Assembly (NCBI GenBank): GCA_964498735.1
Contig: CAZCHJ010000002.1
Location: 1 to 36,943 of the forward strand
Origin: an uncultured Gammaproteobacteria bacterium
GTDB taxonomy: Bacteria; Patescibacteriota; Patescibacteriia; Magasanikbacterales; UBA922
Reading direction: 5' to 3'
DNA length: 36,943 bases
In this document: in pieces, positions 22,583 through 33,000 of the stretch
Position numbering within the stretch: the first letter of the stretch is position 1
Layout: every line of letters starts with the position of its first letter
Notes under the pieces: model-generated
Told to the model about the DNA's origin: nothing
The model's input: only the letters and a program-made list of their open reading frames with translations
Databases searched by the model: none
Program-made: the position numbers and the translations under genes

Positions 22583-25570
22583 ATGGCATATTACTCACGA
22601 TCCATTACCATAGATCACACTAAATGCGGCTCTAGTAACAGCACGGATTTCCCTGTTCTTGTAAAGCTTTCTCACGCTGATCTTAAAACTATTGCGAACG
22701 GAGGTAAGGTTAGAGATTCAAGCGGATATGATATTTGTTTCTCATCAGATAGTGCCGGTGCTTCTCTCTACTCATGGGAAATGGTTAAATACGACGGTAC
22801 CAATGGCACCGTTGAAGCATGGGTAAAAATCCCGACAGTATCTTCTTCAACCGATACGGCCTTCTATATCACTTATGGCAAATGGGCGTCTTCATATTCC
22901 TTTCAGGGTGGATCTACCGGCGCGGCATGGAACTCCGCATACAAGCACGTTGTACACACCGGAGACGGAACGACGCTCGATCTCAACGACAAAACTTCAA
23001 ACGGAACGAACGGAACGAACTCTTCAGGTACGGCTACCACCGGAAAGGTGGGCGGCGGTATTGGCGTAACGGCCGGATCGAAGTACACCACTTCAGGAAA
23101 CCTTGCAAACATCATTGGATCATCAGCTACTCACACGATCGAAATGTGGGTGAAGTTTACGACACAGGGAGCAACGAACTATATTTGGGATCTTGATACA
23201 GGAAACGGTCTTGGTGCTTTCTGTAACCTCACCGCAACAACTCACGAATGGGGCTATGGAGGATCGTATCGTTCGTATACATCGATCAGCACGACAACCG
23301 GAACTTGGTACTATTGTGCTTGGGTGAAGACAGCTTCCGGAGACAACGGAAAGTTTTATATCAATGGTGTCGAGCAAACGAGTTACAGCAACTCTCTCGG
23401 CAACCCGAACGCTTCCGGCTCCGGTGGTCAGTTTGGCGCATACCACTCTTCAGGCGTGCTTTGTCTCGACGGTGTGATCGATGAAACTCGAATCTCCAAC
23501 GTTGCTCGATCGGCTGATTGGATCCTTACTTCATACAATAATCAAAACGACACCGGAAACATTGGATCAGCCGGTTTTTATACGGTTGGATCAGAATCAG
23601 TTATTACAGAAACTCGATATTGGGTTGGAGGTACCGCAACATGGAACTCAACCGTTGGCACAAAATGGGCTACTTCTTCAGGTGGTACCGGCGGCGCTCC
23701 GGTGCCGACGGCAGATGATAACGCGCGATTCGATTCGAGTTCGGGATCCGGTACGGTAAACATTGCCGACGACGACGTGAAGTTTTGTAAGGATCTCAAT
23801 TTCTCCGGCTTTACCGGAACTTTTCAATGTAATTGGGCTTCATCAGGAACAGGAGTTACCTTTGGCGGAGATCTTACTTTTGGATCCGGCATGACTGTAT
23901 CGGGCAATCCGTGGTTTGTAACTTCAACAAATGCCGTTACTCATGCAATCACAACGAACGGTCTTTCTATAAAAGGATTTTTCCTTCTTCAAGGCACCGG
24001 AGCAACATATAACTTCCAAGACGATTTTACGAATATCACGAATAGTGATCTTTTTGAGGGAGTACAACTCGATAACGGAACGCTCAATTCAAACAATCAC
24101 AATATGACAATGGTGAAGTTTGCTTCTTCTGGTTCAAATACGCGAGTATTGAATATGGGTACCGGAACATGGACGATCACCGGAACAGGCACCGCTTGGA
24201 GCATGGCAACAGTAACAAATCTCACTCTCAATGCAAGCACTTCAACGATCAAATTCACTAACACTTCAGGAACAGCCGTAACTTTCGCCGGTGGAGGAAA
24301 AACATTCAATAATCTTTGGTTTTCTCGTGGATCGAGCACGGCCGGAATTACGATCACCGGAGCGAATACATTCAACGAACTTAAAGACGACGGATCAGGC
24401 GCGCATACGATAACATTCCCGAACTCCACGACGACAATGACGACGTGGAATATCAATGGTACGGCAAGCAATACGATCACGATCCAACGTACCGGAGGAT
24501 CGGGATCTTTTACCGTTTCTCAAGCAAGCGGAACGGTCAATGCTCAATATCTTTCGATCTCTAACTCTACCGCAACCGGCGGTGCTACATGGAACGCTCT
24601 TTATTCAACCGACGGCGGAGGTAATAGTGGTTGGAACTTTGTTACGATTATTGCGGCAAACGTTCAAACAGCCACATTCTCGATTCCTTCATACACGGTG
24701 GACACAGTTCGAAATGTAACCATTTCAGCTTCAGTACAGTCAGCCACATTCTCAATTCCTTCTTACATCGTTTCGAATGACGCTTTGTATAATGCAACGG
24801 TACAGTCAGCGACGTTCTCCATTCCGGCGTATACGGTAGTTACTCCGGACGTAATTGCGGCGCCTTCAGTACAATCAGCGACGTTTACAATTCCGGCATA
24901 TACAGTTTCAGCTGAACGTTATGTTACGATTTCCGCTTCAGTAGTAAGCGCCACATTCTCGATTCCTACATATTCGGCCGGAACAGATATCACGGTTTCG
25001 ATGAGCACTCCGCCAAGCGCGGTTTTCTCGGCACAATCAAGTACCGTTACAGGCGGAGCGACGGTCGCACCTTCAGTTCAAACGGCAACATTCTCGATCC
25101 CTTCGTACAGCGTAGACGCGATACAGAATGTAACGCTCTCACCGTCGGCACAAACGGCAACGTTTTCGGTTCCGTCATATACGATCACAACGACACAGAA
25201 TCCGACGATCACTCCGACGGAACAGATTCTCACAGTTTCGATTCCGACTTATACGGTGATCGCACAGAGAAACGTTACAGTCTCCGCTTCCGTCGCGGCC
25301 GCAACATTTTCAATTCCGACATACGTTGCTTCAACGTCAGTCTCTATTGCGGCGACGGTGCAAGTTCTCACGGCCTCAATCCCGACATATACGATTACAG
25401 CGATCCGAAATGTTACAATAAGCGCAGAGGTTCTCGCTTTCATTGTTACGATTCCTTCGTATCGTGTGCGAGGCGATTATTGGCAAAATAACATTCTCAC
25501 CCGAACAAAATCTTGGAGCGACAATATCGATCCGGATCCTAAAACTTGGGTAGATCAAAACTTCTCTTAA
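22583..25570 (+). CDS. Tail fibre / receptor-binding protein: DUF2341-like N-terminus, LamG (Laminin_G_3) domain, beta-helix-like middle, tandem-repeat C-terminus
   Basis: YSRSITIDHTKCGSSNSTDFPVLVKL...EAWVKIPTVSS..AFYITYG follows the DUF2341 pattern. LDGVIDETRISNVARSADWILTSYNNQ is the LamG C-terminal signature. The middle is Gly/Thr/Asn-rich repeats. Confidence 0.7.
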   Translation: MAYYSRSITIDHTKCGSSNSTDFPVLVKLSHADLKTIANGGKVRDSSGYDICFSSDSAGASLYSWEMVKYDGTNGTVEAWVKIPTVSSSTDTAFYITYGKWASSYSFQGGSTGAAWNSAYKHVVHTGDGTTLDLNDKTSNGTNGTNSSGTATTGKVGGGIGVTAGSKYTTSGNLANIIGSSATHTIEMWVKFTTQGATNYIWDLDTGNGLGAFCNLTATTHEWGYGGSYRSYTSISTTTGTWYYCAWVKTASGDNGKFYINGVEQTSYSNSLGNPNASGSGGQFGAYHSSGVLCLDGVIDETRISNVARSADWILTSYNNQNDTGNIGSAGFYTVGSESVITETRYWVGGTATWNSTVGTKWATSSGGTGGAPVPTADDNARFDSSSGSGTVNIADDDVKFCKDLNFSGFTGTFQCNWASSGTGVTFGGDLTFGSGMTVSGNPWFVTSTNAVTHAITTNGLSIKGFFLLQGTGATYNFQDDFTNITNSDLFEGVQLDNGTLNSNNHNMTMVKFASSGSNTRVLNMGTGTWTITGTGTAWSMATVTNLTLNASTSTIKFTNTSGTAVTFAGGGKTFNNLWFSRGSSTAGITITGANTFNELKDDGSGAHTITFPNSTTTMTTWNINGTASNTITIQRTGGSGSFTVSQASGTVNAQYLSISNSTATGGATWNALYSTDGGGNSGWNFVTIIAANVQTATFSIPSYTVDTVRNVTISASVQSATFSIPSYIVSNDALYNATVQSATFSIPAYTVVTPDVIAAPSVQSATFTIPAYTVSAERYVTISASVVSATFSIPTYSAGTDITVSMSTPPSAVFSAQSSTVTGGATVAPSVQTATFSIPSYSVDAIQNVTLSPSAQTATFSVPSYTITTTQNPTITPTEQILTVSIPTYTVIAQRNVTVSASVAAATFSIPTYVASTSVSIAATVQVLTASIPTYTITAIRNVTISAEVLAFIVTIPSYRVRGDYWQNNILTRTKSWSDNIDPDPKTWVDQNFS
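24658..25469 (+). repeat. In-frame tandem repeat, about 12 units of 22-26 aa (period 66-78 nt), consensus VQSATFSIPSYTV plus a variable linker
   Basis: Unit starts were read at 24662, 24734, 24800 and 24869, and continue beyond. Units are VQTATFSIPSYTV, VQSATFSIPSYIV, VQSATFSIPAYTV, VQSATFTIPAYTV, VVSATFSIPTYSA, one degenerate unit, VQTATFSIPSYSV, AQTATFSVPSYTI, EQILTVSIPTYTV, VAAATFSIPTYVA, VQVLTASIPTYTI and VLAFIVTIPSYRV. Confidence 0.85.
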
Positions 25571-27598
25571 ATGGCAAACCAACTCAAACAAGAAATAATT
25601 GATTCATTCCGAGGATTCGGGAATCAGGCGATCTCCGATAAAGGAGAGTATTTTCAGTCTTCAAATATGCGCCGCTCGAAAGATGGAATCACCTTGTCCG
25701 GAGTACAGAGCCATTTAATCGATTCAAGCACTCTCACGGAGTTTTCAGGAACGTTCTTCAATATGTGTTACGGAAGAAGCCGTTCGGTTACGACGCAAAG
25801 TCAGGCTAATTACCTTATGGCCTCCGACGCGAACGGTTGTATCATTCAATCTTTTCTCGGTTTTTCTTCAGGATCCGGAGGTCAATATCTTCATCGAGCA
25901 ATGGCCGTAAACCATATCTACGCTATGGCTTTGCACGTCGATCCGAAAGGACGTCTCCTTTATGAGCAGGATCGATATCTTGGAATGTTCGATCCTTATG
26001 ATAGCGTTACGAACTATATTACCGGCACCGTTGCCGTTACAAACGGATCAACGGCCGTCGTTGGTACCGGTACAACCTTCGACGCCGGAATGGTTGGAAA
26101 AGCTTTTCGTGTGATCGGAACAAATGGAGGAAATAAGTTTTACCGCATTTCAGCATATACGGACGCGACGCACATCACGCTCTCTTCGGCTTTCACCGGA
26201 ACAACGTCTTCAGGAAATAGTTTTGTGATCAATGTTGCCTTTGATGATCAATGGAAAGATTTCGGCGCGGATATCAGCGCTTCCGGAGGTACGGCACCAA
26301 TGACGCCGATCGACAACTATGAAGATACGGTACTCTTTGGCCGAAACAATAAGATCACGACGCTCAATGTAACAACGGACACGGTAACAACGGACGCTTC
26401 TCCGGCGTTCGAGCTTCCTACCGGTTACGATATCGATCATATCGTAACGAACTCAAACGGAATCCTCATCGGTGCGAACATTCGCGGCCGAGGCGTTCTT
26501 GTTTTGTGGGACAACTTCTCCGATCGATCGATCGCTCCGTGGATATGGTTCGACGACAATATCTATTCGATATGCAAATGGGGTTCCGATTGGATCGTCA
26601 TTACCTCTCGGCAGATCATCAAAACAAACGGCTATTCTATCGAAGTGCTTGCTTCGAACTTCCTCAATACGCTTTCGAGCCGCCTTATGGATAAGTACCC
26701 GAAGAACTCGATTGTGATCGACAACGTCCTCCACTTTGGAGGCCTTCTCGGAACAAACGGTCTTCGTCGCGCAGTCTTGTATCGCTTCGATCTCACAACA
26801 AAACTTTTTGAAGCAACAACTCGCGCAGATATGAATCAGGGAACGATCTCTTTTAAGAGCATGGAGTATTCCTCGGAATCGTATCGCCTCTTCATCGGCG
26901 TTACTAATGGTGTCGGCCTCACAAACAACGGCGTCGAATGGTTCAGCCAAACAGTCGGAGCAAAATGCGGATTTTATATTTCGCCGGTTGTCGGAAAAGG
27001 AGTGAATAAAAAAATCGTGCGCGGTGTGCGTGTGCGCGTGAAGAAGTCTAGCTTTGGAACGACGGGCGCCGTATCGATTGGAACAAACTCATTTTCTTTC
27101 GATATTGCTTTGAAGATCTCAACGATGAAGAGAGATATCTTTTTGGTTGGAGCCGGTCTCAAAGCTGATAGTGCGAACAAACATACTCTCGCCGTCGATA
27201 ACGTGGGAGGTCAATTTGTTACTCCGCAGATCGGAGACGAGGTACAGTTCAACGGAGATTCCGGATCCGGTTCAAGCAACAATGCCGGATATGCTCGAAA
27301 TATCACATCGATTTCCGGAGCCGGAACAACGAATGAGGTGTGGACGGTAGATTCTGATTTCCCTGATACGCCAAAGCAAAATCAAATTGCGGTTGTTACG
27401 CCCTTCAAACTTGTCGATCGAAAGACAATTACCACCACCGGAGGGGATATTGAAGAGATCTACTTTGACGTGAAGAATCGATATCGATCTCGAAACTTCA
27501 TGCTCAAACTTGATATTGAAAACAACACGGTCGGTGTAGCACTTGAGATCCTTCCGATTGAGTTCGTGTATGAAGACGAGGGAGCAATCACAACATAA
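25571..27598 (+). CDS. Large tail-associated structural protein (675 aa), function unknown
   Basis: Starts immediately after the fibre stop with an AATGGCA context. It contains a module similar to an insertion in the coat protein (residues about 151-222). Confidence 0.5.
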   Translation: MANQLKQEIIDSFRGFGNQAISDKGEYFQSSNMRRSKDGITLSGVQSHLIDSSTLTEFSGTFFNMCYGRSRSVTTQSQANYLMASDANGCIIQSFLGFSSGSGGQYLHRAMAVNHIYAMALHVDPKGRLLYEQDRYLGMFDPYDSVTNYITGTVAVTNGSTAVVGTGTTFDAGMVGKAFRVIGTNGGNKFYRISAYTDATHITLSSAFTGTTSSGNSFVINVAFDDQWKDFGADISASGGTAPMTPIDNYEDTVLFGRNNKITTLNVTTDTVTTDASPAFELPTGYDIDHIVTNSNGILIGANIRGRGVLVLWDNFSDRSIAPWIWFDDNIYSICKWGSDWIVITSRQIIKTNGYSIEVLASNFLNTLSSRLMDKYPKNSIVIDNVLHFGGLLGTNGLRRAVLYRFDLTTKLFEATTRADMNQGTISFKSMEYSSESYRLFIGVTNGVGLTNNGVEWFSQTVGAKCGFYISPVVGKGVNKKIVRGVRVRVKKSSFGTTGAVSIGTNSFSFDIALKISTMKRDIFLVGAGLKADSANKHTLAVDNVGGQFVTPQIGDEVQFNGDSGSGSSNNAGYARNITSISGAGTTNEVWTVDSDFPDTPKQNQIAVVTPFKLVDRKTITTTGGDIEEIYFDVKNRYRSRNFMLKLDIENNTVGVALEILPIEFVYEDEGAITT

Positions 27599-27882
27599 TG
27601 GCAGATCCAAAAAAACAAAAAGAAAAAGAGAAAGTGGAGAGCGTAGAAGATACTTCAGCGCACACCACCGAAGATCCGAAACAGAATCAAGATCCGGCCT
27701 ATGTTTTCGCGCAGTATCTTGTTTTCCTTGAGGCAATGAAGAAGGTGAAAAAGAGTATTGATTACGCTCCGACGAACACGCCAAAAAACTTTTACGATCA
27801 ATTTCAGTTTTACGACGACGGTGTGGATTATAGGCTCTACTTATTCGTAAATGGTACTTGGAGGTATGTCGCCCTCACATAA
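27598..27882 (+). CDS. Hypothetical protein (94 aa)
   Basis: TAATG-coupled to the upstream gene. Confidence 0.45.
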   Translation: MADPKKQKEKEKVESVEDTSAHTTEDPKQNQDPAYVFAQYLVFLEAMKKVKKSIDYAPTNTPKNFYDQFQFYDDGVDYRLYLFVNGTWRYVALT

Positions 27883-27886
27883 AAAA

Positions 27887-27895
27887 TGGTACAAT
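27887..27895 (+). promoter_or_regulatory. Extended -10 promoter TGGTACAAT
   Basis: Eleven nt separate the -10 from the ATG at 27907. Confidence 0.4.
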
Positions 27896-27906
27896 AAAAA
27901 CATCGA

Positions 27907-28638
27907 ATGACACTACTTGAAGCAAAACAAAAACTTGCAAAAAAGCTTGATATCGATTACTCCGATATCGCAAACAACGATCTCTTTTCAGATGATGATC
28001 TTTCTGAATATCTTGCCGATTCTTGCCAAGAAGCATACAACTTCGCATTTTGGGATTACTCGGAACATTCAAAGATCGCAACGCTTGAATCGGACGATCT
28101 TACCGCCGGATATGTACCATACCCGAATGATATTCTTCCGTCTTCTCTTTGGTACTTGAAGATCAACGGTAAAGAGTTCAAAAGGAGATCTTTCACCGGA
28201 TATCAGCGATACTTCGAAGAGAATCCGACGGCAACAGATCGATTCTTTACCGAGTTTAAGCGAAGCATTTTCTTTAACGCGAACGCTACTTCCGCCGGTC
28301 AGTCTATCGAAGTATTCGGTAAGCGATCATGGCAGAAAATCTCGGCCGACGCCGATCTTATGCCTTTCTCTCCGGACACCGACGATCAAGAGAACTCCGG
28401 CAATTCCGCGATTGTTACACTCGCATATTCAAAAGCCCTCTCAAGTGAAAAGCTTAAAAACTCTACACAGGGAGCTATCGAGGAAAAGCGTGCGTATGGA
28501 ATCTTCGGAGCACTCAAGAAGCAAGTCGATGAGAGCCGAGCATTGGAGCAGTCGTCGAATACTCCTATGTTCAACGTTCCTGATTTTTTCAAAGGTAACA
28601 ACGGAGCTTCCGATCAAGGTCGCTTCTCTCGCAATTAG
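27907..28638 (+). CDS. Hypothetical structural protein (243 aa)
   Basis: + ORF in the tail gene block with a GAATG start. Confidence 0.5.
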   Translation: MTLLEAKQKLAKKLDIDYSDIANNDLFSDDDLSEYLADSCQEAYNFAFWDYSEHSKIATLESDDLTAGYVPYPNDILPSSLWYLKINGKEFKRRSFTGYQRYFEENPTATDRFFTEFKRSIFFNANATSAGQSIEVFGKRSWQKISADADLMPFSPDTDDQENSGNSAIVTLAYSKALSSEKLKNSTQGAIEEKRAYGIFGALKKQVDESRALEQSSNTPMFNVPDFFKGNNGASDQGRFSRN

Positions 28639-28641
28639 TAA

Positions 28642-30090
28642 ATGGCAAACTCACAAAGCTCAACAACTGTATTGAATCCGACGATCACGTCCGCAGACGT
28701 GGCCGATTACAATACTCGTCTTCAAAACATTCTCGGAGGAAACGCTCTTTCTTCAAATCTTTCTCCTTCATCAATCTCTTCGTCTCTCTATCCGACGACA
28801 CCAAAACCGGCCGCACCGGTTACTCCGATCTATCCGACACCGGACGGAAAGCCTATCCCAACAGCGACACCGGCACCGGCACCAACCGGAGCACCGGCCG
28901 TCGCACCGACAGGCGGAACGTACAAAGTCGTTGCCGGTGATTCTCTTTCGAAGATCGCCGCAAAAAATGGCATGACGCTTTCACAGCTTCTCGCCCTCAA
29001 TCCGGATTACAAAGCGAATCCGAATCTTGTGCAAATTGGCGCTTCGATCAATCTCGGAGGATCCGCCGCTCCGGTAAATAACGGAAGTGCTCCGACAGGA
29101 TCTCCAACCGGTACACCAACCGGAGGAACACCGAACGCTCCGGTACAAACTGATCAGCAAAAAGCGGACGCACTCGCGGCGGCCGCAGGAAAAGCCGGTC
29201 TTTCTGTTTCCGAATATCAGGCAATTCTCGATCGTGGTATCACGGTTTCAAAAGAAGAATCCGACAAGATCAAACAGGATCTTGGTATTCCGGCGCTCGA
29301 AACTGCCGTGTTCGCAAAGCCGTCAAAAACGAGCGAACAGCTTTTCACGGAAGCATACGCCACATCAGGCCTCGCAGATCTCAAAACGAAAATTGCGGCT
29401 CTCGATGATCAGATTGCAAAAGAGCGCGGTCTTCTTTCCGACGCAACCGGAGCGATCAATGAGAATCCATTCCTCACAGAAACTTCTCGCGTCGGCCGTG
29501 GAAAGCGCGTGCTCGATCAGGCAGAACAAAAGATCAATAACCTCATCGCACAAAAAACCTCATACACAGATCTCTACACGAACGGAATCAAAGAGATCAA
29601 TGATTCGATCCTTCGTCAGCAGAATGATTTCAAATTGAGCAACGATATGAGCGTCGCACAGCTCAACTATCTCGTGGCAAAGGCCGACAAGGAAGTGGCA
29701 ATGCTCAAGGATAAAAAGACGACAGCTTCGAATAATTCTCTCAAGGCATATCTTGATTCAGTCGCTTCCGGCAAGGCTCCGACAACGATCGGAAACTCGG
29801 AGAGTGGATTCTACAAATACGATCAGACGACAGGAAAGTTTATTCAGGTGATTGCTCCTTCAGCGCTCTCACAGGCGCAAACAGAAAAGGCAAAAGCAGA
29901 CGCGGCGAATGGTGGAGATAGTGGCGCGTTCAAGCCGACGGCTGATCAGAAAGCTCTTGTTGGCCGATTCGCAAACTCAACCGAAGGCGCGGCTCTTGGA
30001 TTCACCGCCGCCGACAAGGCTCGTCTTTATACCGATCCGAACTTCTTTTATTGGGCTTTGCAAAAAGCAAGTGAAGCCGGTTTTTACTAA
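28642..30090 (+). CDS. LysM-domain structural protein with a coiled-coil C-terminal half
   Basis: LysM motif YKVVAGDSLSKIAAKNGMTLSQLLALNPDYKANPNLVQIGASINLG (about nt 28918-29055), flanked by Pro/Thr-rich linkers. Confidence 0.65.
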   Translation: MANSQSSTTVLNPTITSADVADYNTRLQNILGGNALSSNLSPSSISSSLYPTTPKPAAPVTPIYPTPDGKPIPTATPAPAPTGAPAVAPTGGTYKVVAGDSLSKIAAKNGMTLSQLLALNPDYKANPNLVQIGASINLGGSAAPVNNGSAPTGSPTGTPTGGTPNAPVQTDQQKADALAAAAGKAGLSVSEYQAILDRGITVSKEESDKIKQDLGIPALETAVFAKPSKTSEQLFTEAYATSGLADLKTKIAALDDQIAKERGLLSDATGAINENPFLTETSRVGRGKRVLDQAEQKINNLIAQKTSYTDLYTNGIKEINDSILRQQNDFKLSNDMSVAQLNYLVAKADKEVAMLKDKKTTASNNSLKAYLDSVASGKAPTTIGNSESGFYKYDQTTGKFIQVIAPSALSQAQTEKAKADAANGGDSGAFKPTADQKALVGRFANSTEGAALGFTAADKARLYTDPNFFYWALQKASEAGFY

Positions 30091-30097
30091 AAAATGA

Positions 30098-33000
30098 ATG
30101 TCAGCATACGATCAATTTTTGAAAGAAACAACTCCGTCGGGCGGCACTCCGAAAGTGGTGCCTCCTTCCGTTGGTAGTCAGTCTCAACCTCCAACTCCGC
30201 CAACATCGGCAAGTTCGAAGTTTTCGAGTGAGACTTCAACGATTACTCCGACGCCGGTAAAAACTCCAAGCGCTCAACCAACGAGCGCTTATGATCGTTA
30301 CATGCAAGAAACATCAGGAACTCCGGCCGTTGTTACCCCTCCGGTGGCAACTCCGAAGGCTTCATTCATCGATCGCGTCAATGAAAAAGGACAGCGTCTC
30401 GGTGGATCTCTCGACGCTGGTGTGCTCGAAGGTGTGTCCGGAATCGTGAAAGGTTTTCAATGGGCTGGCGGCGCTCTCGCCGGTGCGTTTGGCGGAAACA
30501 AAATTACAGCGAAGGCAAGTCAGGAGGCGCTTCAGCAAAAGATCAATGATCAAACGAAGCTTCTCGATTTCATCAAAGAGCAAAAAAAGATCGGAACTCC
30601 GGAAGCGATCAACAAAGCAAATCACGCGCAAAAAACTCTCGATATCATCACAAAAGAACTTTCAAACAACACCGCGCAAGATTTTCCTATGAGTATGGAT
30701 TTTATAGCCGGAACTCCGAAGATCACAAAGACGGCCGACAAGATTCAGGCATGGGCGGACGCAGTAAAAAAATCAAACAACATCACTCCGGAGAATCAAA
30801 CATTCGCGGAGAAGGCTTTCGAAGGAGTAGGATCTTCGATTCCGTATTACCTTCCGGCTATCGGTATTGCTCGCGGTGCTTCAGTCCTCGCGAATGTTTC
30901 TCCGCGCGTTGCTATGCTTTTCGGAGGATCCGCTTCGGCCGCACTTGAATCAATGGGAGAAGCCGGTCAGGTATACGAAACAGTCAAAAAAGAGAAAGGC
31001 ATCGACGCCGCTCGCGACGCTTCAACAAAAACTTTTTGGGCGAACGCTCTTCTTCTTTCTCTCACAGAAAATCTCGGTGTATTCAATCCGGAGGTGAAAG
31101 GTGTTCTCAAAAAAGCCCTGATCTCCATGCCGATTGAAGGTTTTCAGGAATCAGTTCAGCAAGTGATCCAAAACGTAAACTCCGGTCGTCCTATTTGGGA
31201 AGGAGTAAAAGAAGCCGGTATCATCGGAGGAATCGTCGGTGGCGTTCTTGGAGGAACGACGGATCTTGTTGCTCCAAATGAGAATCCTGAAGTTCCACCG
31301 GTAAAAATCCCCGACGGCGAACGTGTTTCACAAGAAACACCGGCCACCGGATCAGCCTTTGAGAAGTTCCAAAACGAGACAAAAGGCATAGATCTCACTC
31401 GTCCGGCCGCAGAGATCCAATCACAGATCGAAGAGGCGGCTAGAAAGGGTGCGGCTGAAGCCGTGGCCGCGCAGGACAAGAGTTCGAAGGCCGATCAGGG
31501 AAAGGCGGCGGAAACAACTCAAAAGGCTTCTACGGCGAATATAGAGCGTCCGGCCACCTCAAAAGAGGCGGCTGATCGCTATTTCAAGGACGTCCTCAAG
31601 AACTCTCTTGAAGGCAACGCTTATGTTATCGGAGCCGACGATCTCAAGGATCATTTCGGCGGAGATTACGCGGACGCACGCCATACGGAGATCTATTCAA
31701 AAGCAACATTCGATCTCTATAAAAAAGGCCTCAAACTCAATAAGGGAGACAAAGTGATCCTTACCGGTGGAGGCGCCGGAGCAGGGAAAACGGAACTCGT
31801 AACTTCCGGCCTAATTGCCGGAGGTTTTGACGGCGTGCTCTACGATTCAAATCTTTCAAGTATTCAGGGGGCGAAAAACGCAATCGCCGAAGCTCGAAAG
31901 GCAGGGAAGGACGTCGAGATCTACGGCGTGCTTCCGAATCTTGAGAAGGCTCGCGGCTTCACGATCTCACGAGAGAATCGCACCGGCCGAGGTATCAGCG
32001 ACGAAACATTCGCTCGCGGTCATTCAGGTTTTCCGGCCGTCGTTCGTCAGCTTATTGAAGAAAAAATCATCAATCCGGACAACGTTCACCTTCTCGATAC
32101 TCGAAACATAAACACGTTTGAGGAAGCTTTCGATATGGTAGCAAATCAGCACTATGTCAAGGATCCTCTTGCCACAGTTAAAAGCTTGGGGTACACTAAA
32201 GAAGATCTACAAAAAAACTATGCAAAAGAACACTACGATACCAAAACAGCCGAACGTCGATCCGCAGTACCAAGCGGCGAAGGATCTCGTGGCACACCTT
32301 CACAAGATCGGGCAAATCAAGAAAATGCCAACGGAGGCGGAAATGAAAGCGTATTGGGCAAAAATAAAAGCGAAAAAATAAAAGAAGCCGAAGAGGTTCT
32401 CAAAAATCAAATTGGTGATATTTTTAAGATTGTCGAGCCGGTAGGCAATCTATGGAAGAGCAAAGGGAATGTTTTGTTCATTTCTCTAAAAACGGAAAAG
32501 ACGGGATTTGCCGCATGGCTCCGTCAGAAAAACTTTATCGTCAGCGCTCAAGAAGCAGGGAATAATATTTTCAAAGTCGAAGTCAAAGTTCCTGAAAAAA
32601 CACCAACAAACGGCATCGTTGGCGCTTCGATCGGAAAGTTCCGCGAAGAAGGCGGCGGCGATATCAAGCTCGGAAACTTCGAGCAGATCAAACCGATTGA
32701 GTTTCCGGAACTTCTCTCGTTCGCAAAGGATCTCTCCGGATCCGAAGTGTTCATCAAAAATTACAAATCCGCAAACGGTATGTTCTACGGCGCGGACGCA
32801 CGAATCGGCCTCAATCCGGATCTCTTTAAGGCCGGAAACATTCAACAACTTCAAAAGACAATGGCGCACGAGATCGGCCACTTGATCGATTACCTTCCGG
32901 AAAAAACTCTCGCACGCGGAAATGTTCTCGGACGCCTTGCGGTGCTCCGCGATTTCCATAAAGATTTTTATGCAAAGGCCGGAGCTTCTCGAACGAATAA

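Noticed and set aside
22174-22623. 149-aa + strand ORF in an alternative frame
   Set aside because: It overlaps the 22095-22517 gene and the intergenic hairpin. Its Arg/Thr/Leu/Pro-rich, low-complexity translation is typical of an off-frame read.
24658-25469. Possible CRISPR array or non-coding tandem repeat
   Set aside because: The repeats are in frame within a 995-aa ORF, are imperfect, have a variable period (66-78 nt) and are conserved at protein level. There are no unique spacers and no cas genes.
22583-25570. Diversity-generating retroelement targeting the fibre
   Set aside because: There is no reverse transcriptase gene and no separate template-repeat copy of the C-terminal region anywhere in the window.
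29087-29638. 183-aa + strand alternative-frame ORF inside the LysM protein gene
   Set aside because: It is an Arg/Ser/Lys-rich off-frame translation. The main frame has a clear LysM motif and continuous coding character.
31595-32200. Zeta toxin as part of a toxin-antitoxin module
   Set aside because: The kinase-like domain is embedded in a 1968-aa structural-block protein. No epsilon or PezA-like antitoxin gene is adjacent.
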